Part shown: positions 8,816 to 18,179 of the stretch, piece by piece
Numbering within the stretch: the stretch's first letter is position 1
Layout of the letters: each line of letters starts with the position of its first letter
NCBI GenBank assembly: GCA_050293845.1
Contig: JBNKNM010000006.1
Location: forward strand, 1-28,552
Reading direction: 5' to 3'
From: Pseudobacteriovorax sp.
GTDB taxonomy: Bacteria; Bdellovibrionota_B; Oligoflexia; Oligoflexales; Oligoflexaceae
Length of the DNA stretch: 28,552 nucleotides
Position numbers and translations under genes: made by a program
Notes under the pieces: model-generated
What the model saw: the letters and a program-made list of their open reading frames with translations, nothing else
What the model was told of the DNA's origin: nothing
Databases searched by the model: none

Positions 8816-9571
8816 CTACAAGTCAAGACGCACCGGAATTCCTTGACTAAGCATATGCTGCTTACATGCATTAGGTGTTAATCCAGTAAAGTGAAAGATA
8901 CTGGATGCTGCGACTGCAGAAGCACCTGATTTAATCATATTACTGCAATCTTCCGGAGAAGAAACACCACCAACGAAAATAATTGGAATCGTAGTTAAAG
9001 AAGAAACCTGTTTAATTAATTCTAGATCAGGTCCCTTCTGGGTACCATCTCGATCGACCGAATTAATAAGCAATTCCCCAGCTCCAGCATGAGTTACTCG
9101 TTTAATAAAGTCGTCTAATGTGAAATCAGTTTTACGCCCTGAGTGGGAGTGAATATCGATACGGCCCTGTGCAGAGAAAACATCAATAGATACAACAATA
9201 CATTGCGAACCAAAAGTTCGAGAGGCCTGACTAATAAAATCGGGATTTTCCATCGCTGCGGAGTTAATACTCACCTTGTCAGCACCGGAAGATAAGCAGT
9301 TTTCGATATCCTTTATAGTGTTAATCCCTCCCCCAACTGTTAAGGGCATAAAGCAATCTTCTGATAACGTCTTTATGGTGGGAATATCTATTGATCTATT
9401 TTGCTTTGCAGCATCAATATCGAGAATAATCAATTCATCAACATTTCTAGTATTATAAGTTCTGACTACAGTTATAGGACTCCCTAAGTTCCTCCTTGTC
9501 TCAAACTGAATAGTTTTAAGCACGGAAAATCCATCAATCAAAACTATGGGAATTACTCTATGACGCAACAT
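8816..9571 (-). CDS. HisF-like (beta/alpha)8 subunit of a glycan amidotransferase (WbuZ/HisF2-type)
   Basis: Motifs RVIP, VDELIILDI, FMPLTVGGGI, GADKVSINS, FGSQCIVVSID, GAGELL..SVDRDGT. The likely start is ATG 9571. Confidence 0.9.
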   Translation of the reverse strand: MLRHRVIPIVLIDGFSVLKTIQFETRRNLGSPITVVRTYNTRNVDELIILDIDAAKQNRSIDIPTIKTLSEDCFMPLTVGGGINTIKDIENCLSSGADKVSINSAAMENPDFISQASRTFGSQCIVVSIDVFSAQGRIDIHSHSGRKTDFTLDDFIKRVTHAGAGELLINSVDRDGTQKGPDLELIKQVSSLTTIPIIFVGGVSSPEDCSNMIKSGASAVAASSIFHFTGLTPNACKQHMLSQGIPVRLDL

Positions 9572-10184
9572 GGTCTGCTCGATATGCAACAAAGTTTTTT
9601 AGAATCTGAATGCCATAGGTTTGACTTTTTTCAGGATGAAACTGTGTCCCAAAAATGCCTTCCTTCTCAACGTATGCCAAAACATCCTTTCCATAGCTAC
9701 AATGTGAAGACACTACGTCCTCATATAGCCTCATTTCGTAACTATGAACAAAATAAAAGCAAGTTTCATCGGGGATATTCTTTAGTAAGAAACCTCGTTC
9801 TGTTTTAATACTATTCCAGCCAATATGTGGAATTCTCAAGTCTGTTTCCATAGGCTCCACAGTAGCATTTATCAGACCCAAACCCTCAGAGCCCCCTCCT
9901 TCTAGCCCTTCGTGAGCTAAAAGCTGCATTCCCAAACAAATTCCTAGTATGGGCTTCTTATCATTTAGAACTTGCTGTCTAATTTCAGAACGGAGCCCTT
10001 TGCTACGAATTCTCGAAGCAGCCTCCGAAAAATTACCAACGCCAGGTAAAATGAATCGAGTATATTGTGAGAGATCTTGCCCTTTTCTACAAAACCCTGA
10101 GTCGACCCCAATCACCTGAAGCGCTCTTTGAACACTGGCAATGTTACATATTCCTAAGTCGATGATTCCAATATATTCAGTCAT
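9558..10184 (-). CDS. HisH-like class I glutamine amidotransferase (WbuY/HisH2-type)
   Basis: Motifs ILPGVG, GICLGMQ (catalytic Cys), PHIGWN, YFVHSY, QFHPEKS (His-Glu). ATGA overlap with the upstream gene. Confidence 0.93.
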   Translation of the reverse strand: MTEYIGIIDLGICNIASVQRALQVIGVDSGFCRKGQDLSQYTRFILPGVGNFSEAASRIRSKGLRSEIRQQVLNDKKPILGICLGMQLLAHEGLEGGGSEGLGLINATVEPMETDLRIPHIGWNSIKTERGFLLKNIPDETCFYFVHSYEMRLYEDVVSSHCSYGKDVLAYVEKEGIFGTQFHPEKSQTYGIQILKNFVAYRADHVAS

Positions 10185-11317
10185 GCTGGAAAAAACTTTC
10201 GTATGGGACTTCCATCATTATTTTTGAGCAGTTCACCAGATTTGCTACACTCAAAAAGCATCTTGTTCGTGAAACGATCCAGGTTACCATAGAATTCTTT
10301 TTCGTCTATGTTTAAGTAAGAAATAAAATCCGGAATATATTTTAATGGCATAGTTCCTTCACTGGAATCCTTGAGTAGCTCAATGGCTTCTGGGCGGCTT
10401 ATTCTTCCCGCTCTGATTTCAATACATAGCTGATCTGTAGCGCGACCATAGCCATATTTCAGGTATTTCATATAGTCGTGTAGCCCACCAATCCACTTAC
10501 AATCTAGGTTTTCAACATCATTATATGCCCCTTCGACTGGGCCATCAGGATTGGAGCTCCAACCTAGTTGCTTAACGACCTTATAGTTTCTCAACGTGTC
10601 CCATTTTTGATAGTAACCCAAAAAGAGGCCTGTTACCCCAACATTCGCCAACTCTTCATCTGTTGGATATTGAAGAACTTTTACAGTATTCATGTCAACC
10701 CCATCATGTACTGCATCAGATATTCTGTGACCACACATTTGGAATTGTTCAAGCCAATTTCTATCGAGATAATTTTTATCCTTATGGGAAGCAGGGCCTC
10801 CATATTCAAACTGAGAGTTTTCGCCCCAAATTATTAATGGTACTTTGTACTGGACAGCTACCCGAACGGGAGCCGTGAAGATGCCTATATGCTCAGGCCA
10901 ACAGCAATCACCCAGCTTAAAGAAGCCAATCCTAACTAACTGGCGGTAACTTTTACGGTTGGCACTTACTTGAATAAGGTCAAAACCCTGATCTCGCAAG
11001 AAGTTCAGATTTTTACAACCAATCTCAGTCAGTTCACAGGGTGTATGAGTCACACAAAGTGGTGACATACCAAATTCATCACGCATAGTGATCGCTTGGT
11101 AACAGCTATCCTTGCCCCCGCTAACCGGCACTATACAATCGTACCAAGTACCATCACCACGGTAATTCTCCAATATCCCCTCGAACTCCTTCGTCCTCTT
11201 TCCCCAGTCTATTTCACCATGCTTCTTCTTCTTAGAAACACATGCATCACAAACCCCGTCATTAAAGACTTGTTCCGGTCTAGTTTGTGGCATAATACAC
11301 TCTTTACAGTACTGCAT
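10181..11317 (-). CDS. N-acetyl sugar amidotransferase (WbuX/WbpG/PseA family PP-loop ATPase)
   Basis: N-terminal CKEC and CDAC, YDCIVPVSGGKDS (PP-loop), WGEN..EYGG, HDY.KYLKYGYGR, IR.G.ISR.EA. Directly upstream of hisH/hisF paralogues. Confidence 0.93.
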   Translation of the reverse strand: MQYCKECIMPQTRPEQVFNDGVCDACVSKKKKHGEIDWGKRTKEFEGILENYRGDGTWYDCIVPVSGGKDSCYQAITMRDEFGMSPLCVTHTPCELTEIGCKNLNFLRDQGFDLIQVSANRKSYRQLVRIGFFKLGDCCWPEHIGIFTAPVRVAVQYKVPLIIWGENSQFEYGGPASHKDKNYLDRNWLEQFQMCGHRISDAVHDGVDMNTVKVLQYPTDEELANVGVTGLFLGYYQKWDTLRNYKVVKQLGWSSNPDGPVEGAYNDVENLDCKWIGGLHDYMKYLKYGYGRATDQLCIEIRAGRISRPEAIELLKDSSEGTMPLKYIPDFISYLNIDEKEFYGNLDRFTNKMLFECSKSGELLKNNDGSPIRKFFPA

Positions 11318-11359
11318 AAGAAATCTCGTCTATTGTAAGGTAGATTGTTTGCATGCTTT

Positions 11360-11368
11360 TGTTATACT
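11360..11368 (+). promoter_or_regulatory. Candidate extended -10 promoter (TGnTATACT) in the divergent intergenic region
   Basis: TG-T-TATACT about 135 nt upstream of TTG 11504. No convincing -35 box. Confidence 0.35.
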
Positions 11369-11503
11369 AAATTCTAGTCTAATCAAAAAGATATTTAGAG
11401 TGCCATAGTTTTTTGAAATTCGAGATGTAAACCTCTATTTTTTAAGATAAATACTGAGAGTTGAAAGCAAGCTTTGTCGCATTGAAAACGAAAGAGGGTT
11501 TCA

Positions 11504-12856
11504 TTGTATAAAAAAATTTTAATTTGTTGCGCTGATACCACTATATTAAAGAAGCTCATCGAAGCTGAAGCCTTCAAAGACATTACCGAAACCAATTTGG
11601 AATATGTTGTTATGGGAGACTCTGTCGCTCAAAGGCAGGACCATCTGCCTCCCAATATTAGCCCAACCTATTGCCATGATACCACTAGTAACAATGGCAT
11701 TTTACGAGAAATCTATCGTCGCATAGTCATGTACCAAAATGCGCATTTTTCAGATACCTATTTAGATTATATTCAGCCCATAGTAGGGCTGAAAAAAGCG
11801 GCTTTTTATTTAGCAAAATTTGATTTTCTTTTTAAACCTCTTAGGAAATTGGTTGAAATCAGTGAATCAAAGAATGTAAATATCGCTAGTATGTTACAAT
11901 CAAAACAACCGGATGCTGTTATCCTCTTTGCAGGAAGTAGCTCGAGATTATATGACACACTTTTCGCAGTTTGCCGTAAATTAAAGATAAAATCATATCT
12001 TGCTCCCGTTGGTTGGGATAATATTACCAGTAAAATGATATTCCTATGCTCTCCTGACTATGTCTTAGAGAGAGGAAGTGAAAACCAACAGTATGCAGCA
12101 AATATGCTCAAACTTGATTCAAAATTTTCCTACAAAATTGGTGTAGCTTGGTATGAAAGCTTTTTTACCTTTCAGAAGGAAAAGAACCTCATCCAAGAAA
12201 GATCTGCGTTTAGGAAAAAATATGGAATCAGTGAGCAAGAAAAATTAATACTTTTTGGCGGATCTTTACGCCCCTACAATGAAACCCAATTTTTGAAGTT
12301 GATTGATGATGCCATAGAGGAAGGGCATATACCAAAGTGTGTACTGATCTACCGTCCGCATCCTTGGAGAAATGAAAGAAAAGGTCAAGATAATTTTTTA
12401 TCCTTAGACTTTAAGCATACAGTTTTCGATAAAGAACTGCTACAGCCCTATATAAATGGTGATAATACTTATATCCCTGACCAATCAGAGTTTGAAAAAA
12501 TTTATAACGGGGTCGATGCCGTAATATCTCCATATTCTTCGGTTATGTTAGAAGCTGCACTATTTGGTAAGCCGATTATGGGAATCGGGTGCTCTGATGG
12601 CATCAACACGGATGGTGTTTGGTCTATAGATAGAATAAAAAAACGCGAGCACTTTAAATCCTTGCGAAGGCAAGAGTGGTTTATTAGCAATGATAATGTC
12701 GAAGATTTGGTAAAGGATACCAGAGCCTTACTCACATTAATTGAAGCGCAAATTTCAAATAATATTATAGAAGTAGCTAGAAAAATAGTATATTGTAGTT
12801 CCGAAAGATTTAGCTCACGTTTAATTAAAGCTCTAAATATTTCATTTAGTCAGTAA
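11504..12856 (+). CDS. Putative GT-B fold transferase (WDNxxSK / RPHP motif family), paralogue of 836-2188
   Basis: TTG start after AGAGGG. Motifs GWDNITSK, PDYV, IYRPHPWR, ISPYSSVMLEAA. Confidence 0.65.
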   Translation: MYKKILICCADTTILKKLIEAEAFKDITETNLEYVVMGDSVAQRQDHLPPNISPTYCHDTTSNNGILREIYRRIVMYQNAHFSDTYLDYIQPIVGLKKAAFYLAKFDFLFKPLRKLVEISESKNVNIASMLQSKQPDAVILFAGSSSRLYDTLFAVCRKLKIKSYLAPVGWDNITSKMIFLCSPDYVLERGSENQQYAANMLKLDSKFSYKIGVAWYESFFTFQKEKNLIQERSAFRKKYGISEQEKLILFGGSLRPYNETQFLKLIDDAIEEGHIPKCVLIYRPHPWRNERKGQDNFLSLDFKHTVFDKELLQPYINGDNTYIPDQSEFEKIYNGVDAVISPYSSVMLEAALFGKPIMGIGCSDGINTDGVWSIDRIKKREHFKSLRRQEWFISNDNVEDLVKDTRALLTLIEAQISNNIIEVARKIVYCSSERFSSRLIKALNISFSQ

Positions 12857-12982
12857 TCTTTGAGGTCTTAAGCGCTAGAGAAAGCTTCTCTTCAAAACTA
12901 CATATTTTTGACGCTAAGAGTAACTTGTTTACTACAGGTTATAAGAATACGACAGACCCCCTATAACTCTTTTGAAACAGCG

Positions 12983-14179
12983 ATGGACAAAGAAGCAGCA
13001 CCAAATTTAATTCTTTTTACTAATTCATTTCCCTCTGGGACTTCAGAAAGTTTTTTAGAAAACGAAGTTATTTTTTTGTCACAGCGATTTAGCAAAGTTT
13101 ACATTTTTCCACTATTTGACGACCATGTTAAAAGACCATTACCCCCAAACGTATTCAGTCACAAAGCTCTTTTGAATAGGAGTATTATAAAACGGATTTA
13201 TCGAGGTATTTTAAATACATCACCAATTTGGGACATTTTAAAAAATTTAGAATACAGGAAAGCCTTAAAAAATCTAAAAAAAACGGTTCTAACATGCATT
13301 GAAACTAGGTCTTTCCTGGCAAATTCGGAGTTAAATACACTTCTGCAGAGTAATCTTTCAACTCCTTTATATTTTTACTGGGGGGTTGGAGCTGCCAACA
13401 TAGTACCCTATTTACCAGGACAAAGGAATATCTTTGTAAGGTTTCATGGGTATGATCTATATGAAGAAAGGAATAGGGGTTATATTCCCTTTAGAGCAAA
13501 GCTTCTGGAAAAGATTACACAAGGATTCACCATATCTGAACATGGCTTAAAGTATCTTACTCAAAAATACCCTGACTGCAAAAATCGGATTCAAATTAGT
13601 CGTATCGGTGTGCGAAAAGGTCTCAGCCTTAAAAAGGCAAATAGCTCTGAATTCAAAATTGTCACCTGCTCTAATATGATTCCTCTCAAAAGAATACACC
13701 TGATTATCGAAGCTCTAAGTTTAATTGATTTTCAGGTTCATTGGACCCACATCGGAGATGGCCCCTTATACTCCAGCCTAACGTCTCAGGCGAAATCTTT
13801 ACCTAGTCATATTTGCTATCAGTTTCTTGGTCAAATAGACAACAAACAGGTTAGACGCTACTATGAGAAACATGATGTTAACCTATTCATTAATGTTAGC
13901 TCTACCGAGGGGGTTCCGGTTTCGATTATGGAAGCCCTATCATTTGGCATTCCTGTACTAGCAACAGATGTAGGCGGAACCTCGGAACTCGTAACCGATC
14001 GCCGATTTTTGCTGAAACCCCATATTTCTCCTCGACAATTAGCCAGCAAAATAGCAATGATGCGTGGAAATCTGGAACTATGCGACCCCAACCAATTTCA
14101 AGACATGTGGCAACGTAAGGCTGACGCAGATAAAGTGTATCCCGACTTCATCACAAGAATGATGGGAGCTTGTAAATAA
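12983..14179 (+). CDS. Glycosyltransferase family 4
   Basis: Motifs FTNSFP...ESFLENE, RFHGYDLYE, KRIHL, IGDG, STEGVPVSIMEA (Ex7E), TDVGGTSE. ATG 12983 preferred over TTG 12908. Confidence 0.9.
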   Translation: MDKEAAPNLILFTNSFPSGTSESFLENEVIFLSQRFSKVYIFPLFDDHVKRPLPPNVFSHKALLNRSIIKRIYRGILNTSPIWDILKNLEYRKALKNLKKTVLTCIETRSFLANSELNTLLQSNLSTPLYFYWGVGAANIVPYLPGQRNIFVRFHGYDLYEERNRGYIPFRAKLLEKITQGFTISEHGLKYLTQKYPDCKNRIQISRIGVRKGLSLKKANSSEFKIVTCSNMIPLKRIHLIIEALSLIDFQVHWTHIGDGPLYSSLTSQAKSLPSHICYQFLGQIDNKQVRRYYEKHDVNLFINVSSTEGVPVSIMEALSFGIPVLATDVGGTSELVTDRRFLLKPHISPRQLASKIAMMRGNLELCDPNQFQDMWQRKADADKVYPDFITRMMGACK

Positions 14180-14244
14180 TTTATATTTCCTTCCATGTTC
14201 TAATATGTGAAATTAGTATTATCCTAATAACACAGAGTGGTACA

Positions 14245-15183
14245 ATGAAAAGCTTTTCAATTATTGGTGCAGCCGGATATATAGCACCCAGGCACTTAAA
14301 AGCAATCTATGAAACAGGTAATAATGTCATCGCTGCTTACGATCCAAATGACTCTGTTGGGATTTTGGATCGCTACAGTAAGGAAGTTAACTTCTTCAAA
14401 AGTTTCGAAGAATTTTATTATTTTTTAAAAAAGCAACATCAAGGCGGCACAGATTACACCACTATATGTACCCCTAACTACCTCCATAAATCCCACATTC
14501 AATTATCTTTAGACTTAGGTGCAAGCACTATCTGTGAAAAACCTCTATGTCTTTCAGTACAAGAATTAGAGCAGTTAAGGGAAAGTGAAAGCAGGTCGGG
14601 AAAAAAAGTATATACCATTTTACAACTTCGCGAACACAATATAGTGCAATCACTGCATCATCGTATAAACTCAAATGGCTCGAGTTCACAAAAGCACGAA
14701 ATTGAGCTTTGCTACATCACATCGCGTGGACCTTGGTACCACACGACCTGGAAAGCTGACCCAAAAAAGTCTGGTGGACTCGCCTTCAACATCGGAATCC
14801 ATTTTTTTGACATGCTCAATTGGATTTTTGGTAAAACTGAAAAAGTAGAAATGCATGTCAATCAAATTGATACTATGTCGGGATATTTAGAAACCGAAAA
14901 AGCTAGAATAAAATGGTTTCTTTCCATTAACGAAAAATATTTGCCTGAAGAAGCTATCGGCCAGAATAAAGCCACCTACCGCTCTTTGCTCATCGATGGT
15001 CAGGAATTTGAGTTTTCACAGGGTTTTACTGACCTTCATACTAAGGTTTATCAATCTATTTTAGAGGGCCGTGGTTATGGCTTGGAAGATATCTATGAAG
15101 CCACAAAAACAGTGGAAACATTAACAAGCCAGAAAGAGATGGGTGTTCTATCTCATTCGCATCCTCACCTAAGTAAATTTTAA
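14245..15183 (+). CDS. wbpB: UDP-GlcNAcA 3-dehydrogenase (Gfo/Idh/MocA family, WbpB/WlbA)
   Basis: Motifs [61 protein letters not shown]. Confidence 0.93.
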   Translation: MKSFSIIGAAGYIAPRHLKAIYETGNNVIAAYDPNDSVGILDRYSKEVNFFKSFEEFYYFLKKQHQGGTDYTTICTPNYLHKSHIQLSLDLGASTICEKPLCLSVQELEQLRESESRSGKKVYTILQLREHNIVQSLHHRINSNGSSSQKHEIELCYITSRGPWYHTTWKADPKKSGGLAFNIGIHFFDMLNWIFGKTEKVEMHVNQIDTMSGYLETEKARIKWFLSINEKYLPEEAIGQNKATYRSLLIDGQEFEFSQGFTDLHTKVYQSILEGRGYGLEDIYEATKTVETLTSQKEMGVLSHSHPHLSKF

Positions 15184-15197
15184 CACAGGGAACGCAA

Positions 15198-16502
15198 ATG
15201 ATAGAAAACTTTGTCAACTCTATCCAAACTAAAAAATCGAAAATCGGAATTTTCGGTATGGGCTATGTAGGACTCCCTCTCATGATTCGCTTTTCTGAAG
15301 TTGGATTCAAAGTAATAGGCTTTGATATCGACAAAACCAAAATAGATAAACTAAACAATTGTAAGTCATATATCGAACATATCCCTGATGAAACCCTTGT
15401 TCATTCGAAGCAGAATGGTTTTGAAGCCACCTGTGATACCAGCCGAATCAAAGAATGCGATGCTGTTATTATATGCGTTCCCACCCCACTAAATAAATAC
15501 CGTGAACCAGACCTACAGTTTGTTTTGTCTACTATGGACTCTATCGCACCATATTTACGTCATAGCCAAATCGTGTCGCTAGAGAGCACTACCTATCCTG
15601 GAACTACTGATGAAGTACTAAAACCTCGCATCGAAAAGCAAGGGCTGGAAGTTGGTAAAGACGTCTTTCTTGTCTACTCACCTGAACGTGAAGATCCGGG
15701 AAATATAGCTTTCACCACGAAAACAATCCCGAAAGTATGCGGAGGAGTCACTCTAAACTGCCTTGAGGCTGGTATATCTCTCTATAGTCAAATAATCGAT
15801 CAGGTTGTCCCCGTCAGCTCCACAAGAGCAGCTGAAATGACAAAGCTTATGGAAAACATTCATCGAGCCGTTAATATCGGCCTCGTTAATGAAATGAAAA
15901 TCCTTTCCGATCGAATGAATATTGATGTTCATGAAGTTATTAATGCTGCCGCGACCAAGCCCTTTGGATTTAAGGCTTACTATCCAGGGCCCGGATTAGG
16001 AGGCCATTGCATTCCTATTGACCCATTTTACTTGACTTGGAAGGCTAGAGAGTTTGGGCTCCATACCCGATTTATTGAGTTAGCTGGTGAAGTAAACAAT
16101 GCTATGCCGGACTATGTTGTTTCCAAAACTGTCGATGCCCTTAACAGTCACGGCAAGGCTTTGAGAGGTAGTAAGATTTTGGTCCTCGGGATTGCCTACA
16201 AGAAGGATATAGATGATGTGAGGGAATCACCTAGTGTCATCATAATGGAAAAACTACGGGACAAAGGCGCTGAATTAGCTTACTCTGATCCCCATGTCAG
16301 TACATTTCCCAAGATGCGTGAGCATCAGTTTGAATTGAGCAGCATTGCCCTTAACAAGAAAACCCTATCGTCTTTCGATGCCATTATTCTAGCTACCGAT
16401 CACAAAAAATTTGATTTTAACCTTATAAAAAAAGCGGGACGTCTCATTATTGATACCCGTGGCGTCTATCAAAAATCCTTAGAAAATGTCGTAAAGGCTT
16501 AG
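15198..16502 (+). CDS. wbpA: UDP-N-acetylglucosamine 6-dehydrogenase (WbpA)
   Basis: Motifs [58 protein letters not shown]. Confidence 0.92.
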   Translation: MIENFVNSIQTKKSKIGIFGMGYVGLPLMIRFSEVGFKVIGFDIDKTKIDKLNNCKSYIEHIPDETLVHSKQNGFEATCDTSRIKECDAVIICVPTPLNKYREPDLQFVLSTMDSIAPYLRHSQIVSLESTTYPGTTDEVLKPRIEKQGLEVGKDVFLVYSPEREDPGNIAFTTKTIPKVCGGVTLNCLEAGISLYSQIIDQVVPVSSTRAAEMTKLMENIHRAVNIGLVNEMKILSDRMNIDVHEVINAAATKPFGFKAYYPGPGLGGHCIPIDPFYLTWKAREFGLHTRFIELAGEVNNAMPDYVVSKTVDALNSHGKALRGSKILVLGIAYKKDIDDVRESPSVIIMEKLRDKGAELAYSDPHVSTFPKMREHQFELSSIALNKKTLSSFDAIILATDHKKFDFNLIKKAGRLIIDTRGVYQKSLENVVKA

Positions 16503-16504
16503 CA

Positions 16505-17080
16505 ATGGAAAACTATCAAAAGCATGATACAGCTATTGTTGACAAGGGAGCATCCATTGGAGCGGGGACTAACATTTGGCATTGGGTACATATATGCGGT
16601 GGAGCAAAAATAGGACATTCATGTTCTCTGGGGCAAAATGTTTTTGTAGGTAGTCATGTCAAAATCGGCAACCATGTAAAAATCCAGAATAATGTTTCTA
16701 TTTACGATAATGTAACACTCGAGGATGAGGTGTTTTGCGGTCCCAGCATGGTATTCACCAATGTCATAAACCCTCGCAGCCATATCAACAGGAAATCAGA
16801 GTACAAAGATACAATTGTGCGCAAAAGAGCAACTATAGGGGCCAATGCAACCATCATCTGTGGGATTGAAATTGGCCCATATGCCTTTGTGGGAGCAGGA
16901 GCTGTTGTCACAAAAGATGTTAAACCCTATGCATTGGTCCTAGGAACTCCAGCTAAGCAAGTAGGTTGGATGTGCGCCTGTGGTTTAAGACTTACTTTTA
17001 AACAAAACTTAATTGCCCAATGTCAATGCTCTATAAGCTACAAACTAACCGACGATAATTGTATTCCATGGGAAGGCTAA
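16505..17080 (+). CDS. wbpD: UDP-GlcNAc3NA N-acetyltransferase (left-handed beta-helix, WbpD/WlbB)
   Basis: Motifs [40 protein letters not shown], hexapeptide repeats. Confidence 0.93.
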   Translation: MENYQKHDTAIVDKGASIGAGTNIWHWVHICGGAKIGHSCSLGQNVFVGSHVKIGNHVKIQNNVSIYDNVTLEDEVFCGPSMVFTNVINPRSHINRKSEYKDTIVRKRATIGANATIICGIEIGPYAFVGAGAVVTKDVKPYALVLGTPAKQVGWMCACGLRLTFKQNLIAQCQCSISYKLTDDNCIPWEG

Positions 17081-17087
17081 AAACTTA

Positions 17088-18179
17088 ATGAACTTCATTG
17101 ATCTTACCGAGCAACGCAATCGTATAAGAACAGAAATATCTACTGCCATCGAAAAAGTTGTGAACCATGGAAAATTTATCATGGGTCCTGAGGTAACCAA
17201 GCTTGAAAGCCAACTATCTGACTATGTTGGAGCCAAGTATTGTATCTCCTGTGGTAATGGCACTGATGCCTTACAGCTCTCTTTAATGGCTTTGGGAATT
17301 GGTCCAGGTGATGAGATTATTACAACAACTTTTTCTTTCATGGCGACTTCGGAGGTGATTGTACTACTCGGAGCAAAACCTGTTTTTGTAGACATTGAAC
17401 CTGATACCTACTTAATTGACCCCAATCAAGTAAAAAAGGCAATTACGAAGAAAACAAAGGTTATTATTGCAGTGAGCCTTTATGGACTTGTTCCCGATTT
17501 TCAAAAACTAGAGGCCATAGTTGGCGATTACAACATATGCATCATTGAAGATGGAGCCCAAAGTTTTGGCGCTACCCTTAACGGGATCAGGTCTGGAAAC
17601 CTTTCCCGCATTGCAACCACTTCGTTTTTTCCATCAAAACCCCTAGGGTGTTATGGTGATGGTGGTGCTGTTTTCACCAGCGATGAAAATATCGCTAACG
17701 CAGTTCGAGAACTGAGAATCCATGGTCAAGCGCAAAAGTATTTTCAATCGCGTATTGGTGTCAATAGCCGTCTAGACACTATGCAAGCTGCTATTTTACT
17801 AGAAAAGCTTAAAATTTTTCCCCATGAATCTGAGCAGCGACAAATCATAGCTGATAGGTATAACGAAAAGCTAAAGGATTATTTAAAGATTCCTATTACT
17901 CCACTGGGACGCACACACGCCTACGGACAATTTACTATTGCTACAGAAAGAAGAGACGAGCTGCGTGTTTACTTACAGAAAAGACATATCCCTTCTACTG
18001 TCTATTATCCCATTTTGCTCCATGAACAAAAAGCAATAATAGACATATGCGAGCTGCCGCCCGCAACAGACAAAGCAAGATGGGCTGCTCAATCAGTCTT
18101 AAGTTTGCCTATGAGCCCTTATCTTTCCAAGGAAGACCAGAATACTATTTGTGACACAGTGCGAGGATTCTTCGAATGA
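17088..18179 (+). CDS. wbpE: DegT/DnrJ PLP aminotransferase (WbpE/WlbC)
   Basis: Motifs GNGTDAL, IEDGAQSFGA, SFFPSKPLGCYGDGGA (PLP Lys), NSRLDT.QAA. Sits within the wbpBAD-I block. Confidence 0.9.
   Translation: MNFIDLTEQRNRIRTEISTAIEKVVNHGKFIMGPEVTKLESQLSDYVGAKYCISCGNGTDALQLSLMALGIGPGDEIITTTFSFMATSEVIVLLGAKPVFVDIEPDTYLIDPNQVKKAITKKTKVIIAVSLYGLVPDFQKLEAIVGDYNICIIEDGAQSFGATLNGIRSGNLSRIATTSFFPSKPLGCYGDGGAVFTSDENIANAVRELRIHGQAQKYFQSRIGVNSRLDTMQAAILLEKLKIFPHESEQRQIIADRYNEKLKDYLKIPITPLGRTHAYGQFTIATERRDELRVYLQKRHIPSTVYYPILLHEQKAIIDICELPPATDKARWAAQSVLSLPMSPYLSKEDQNTICDTVRGFFE

Noticed and set aside
8816..10184. hisH/hisF as histidine biosynthesis genes
   Set aside because: They are coupled to a WbuX-family gene, no other his genes are present, and the HisF catalytic Asp appears to be missing.
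11395..11595. 66-aa minus-strand ORF in the divergent region
   Set aside because: It overlaps the start of the 11504 gene in antisense, and has no clear SD or recognisable features.
12877..12891. Inverted repeat AGAGAA-AGC-TTCTCT after the 11504-12856 gene
   Set aside because: Weak stem with a 3-nt loop and no proper U-tract, so not supportable as a terminator.
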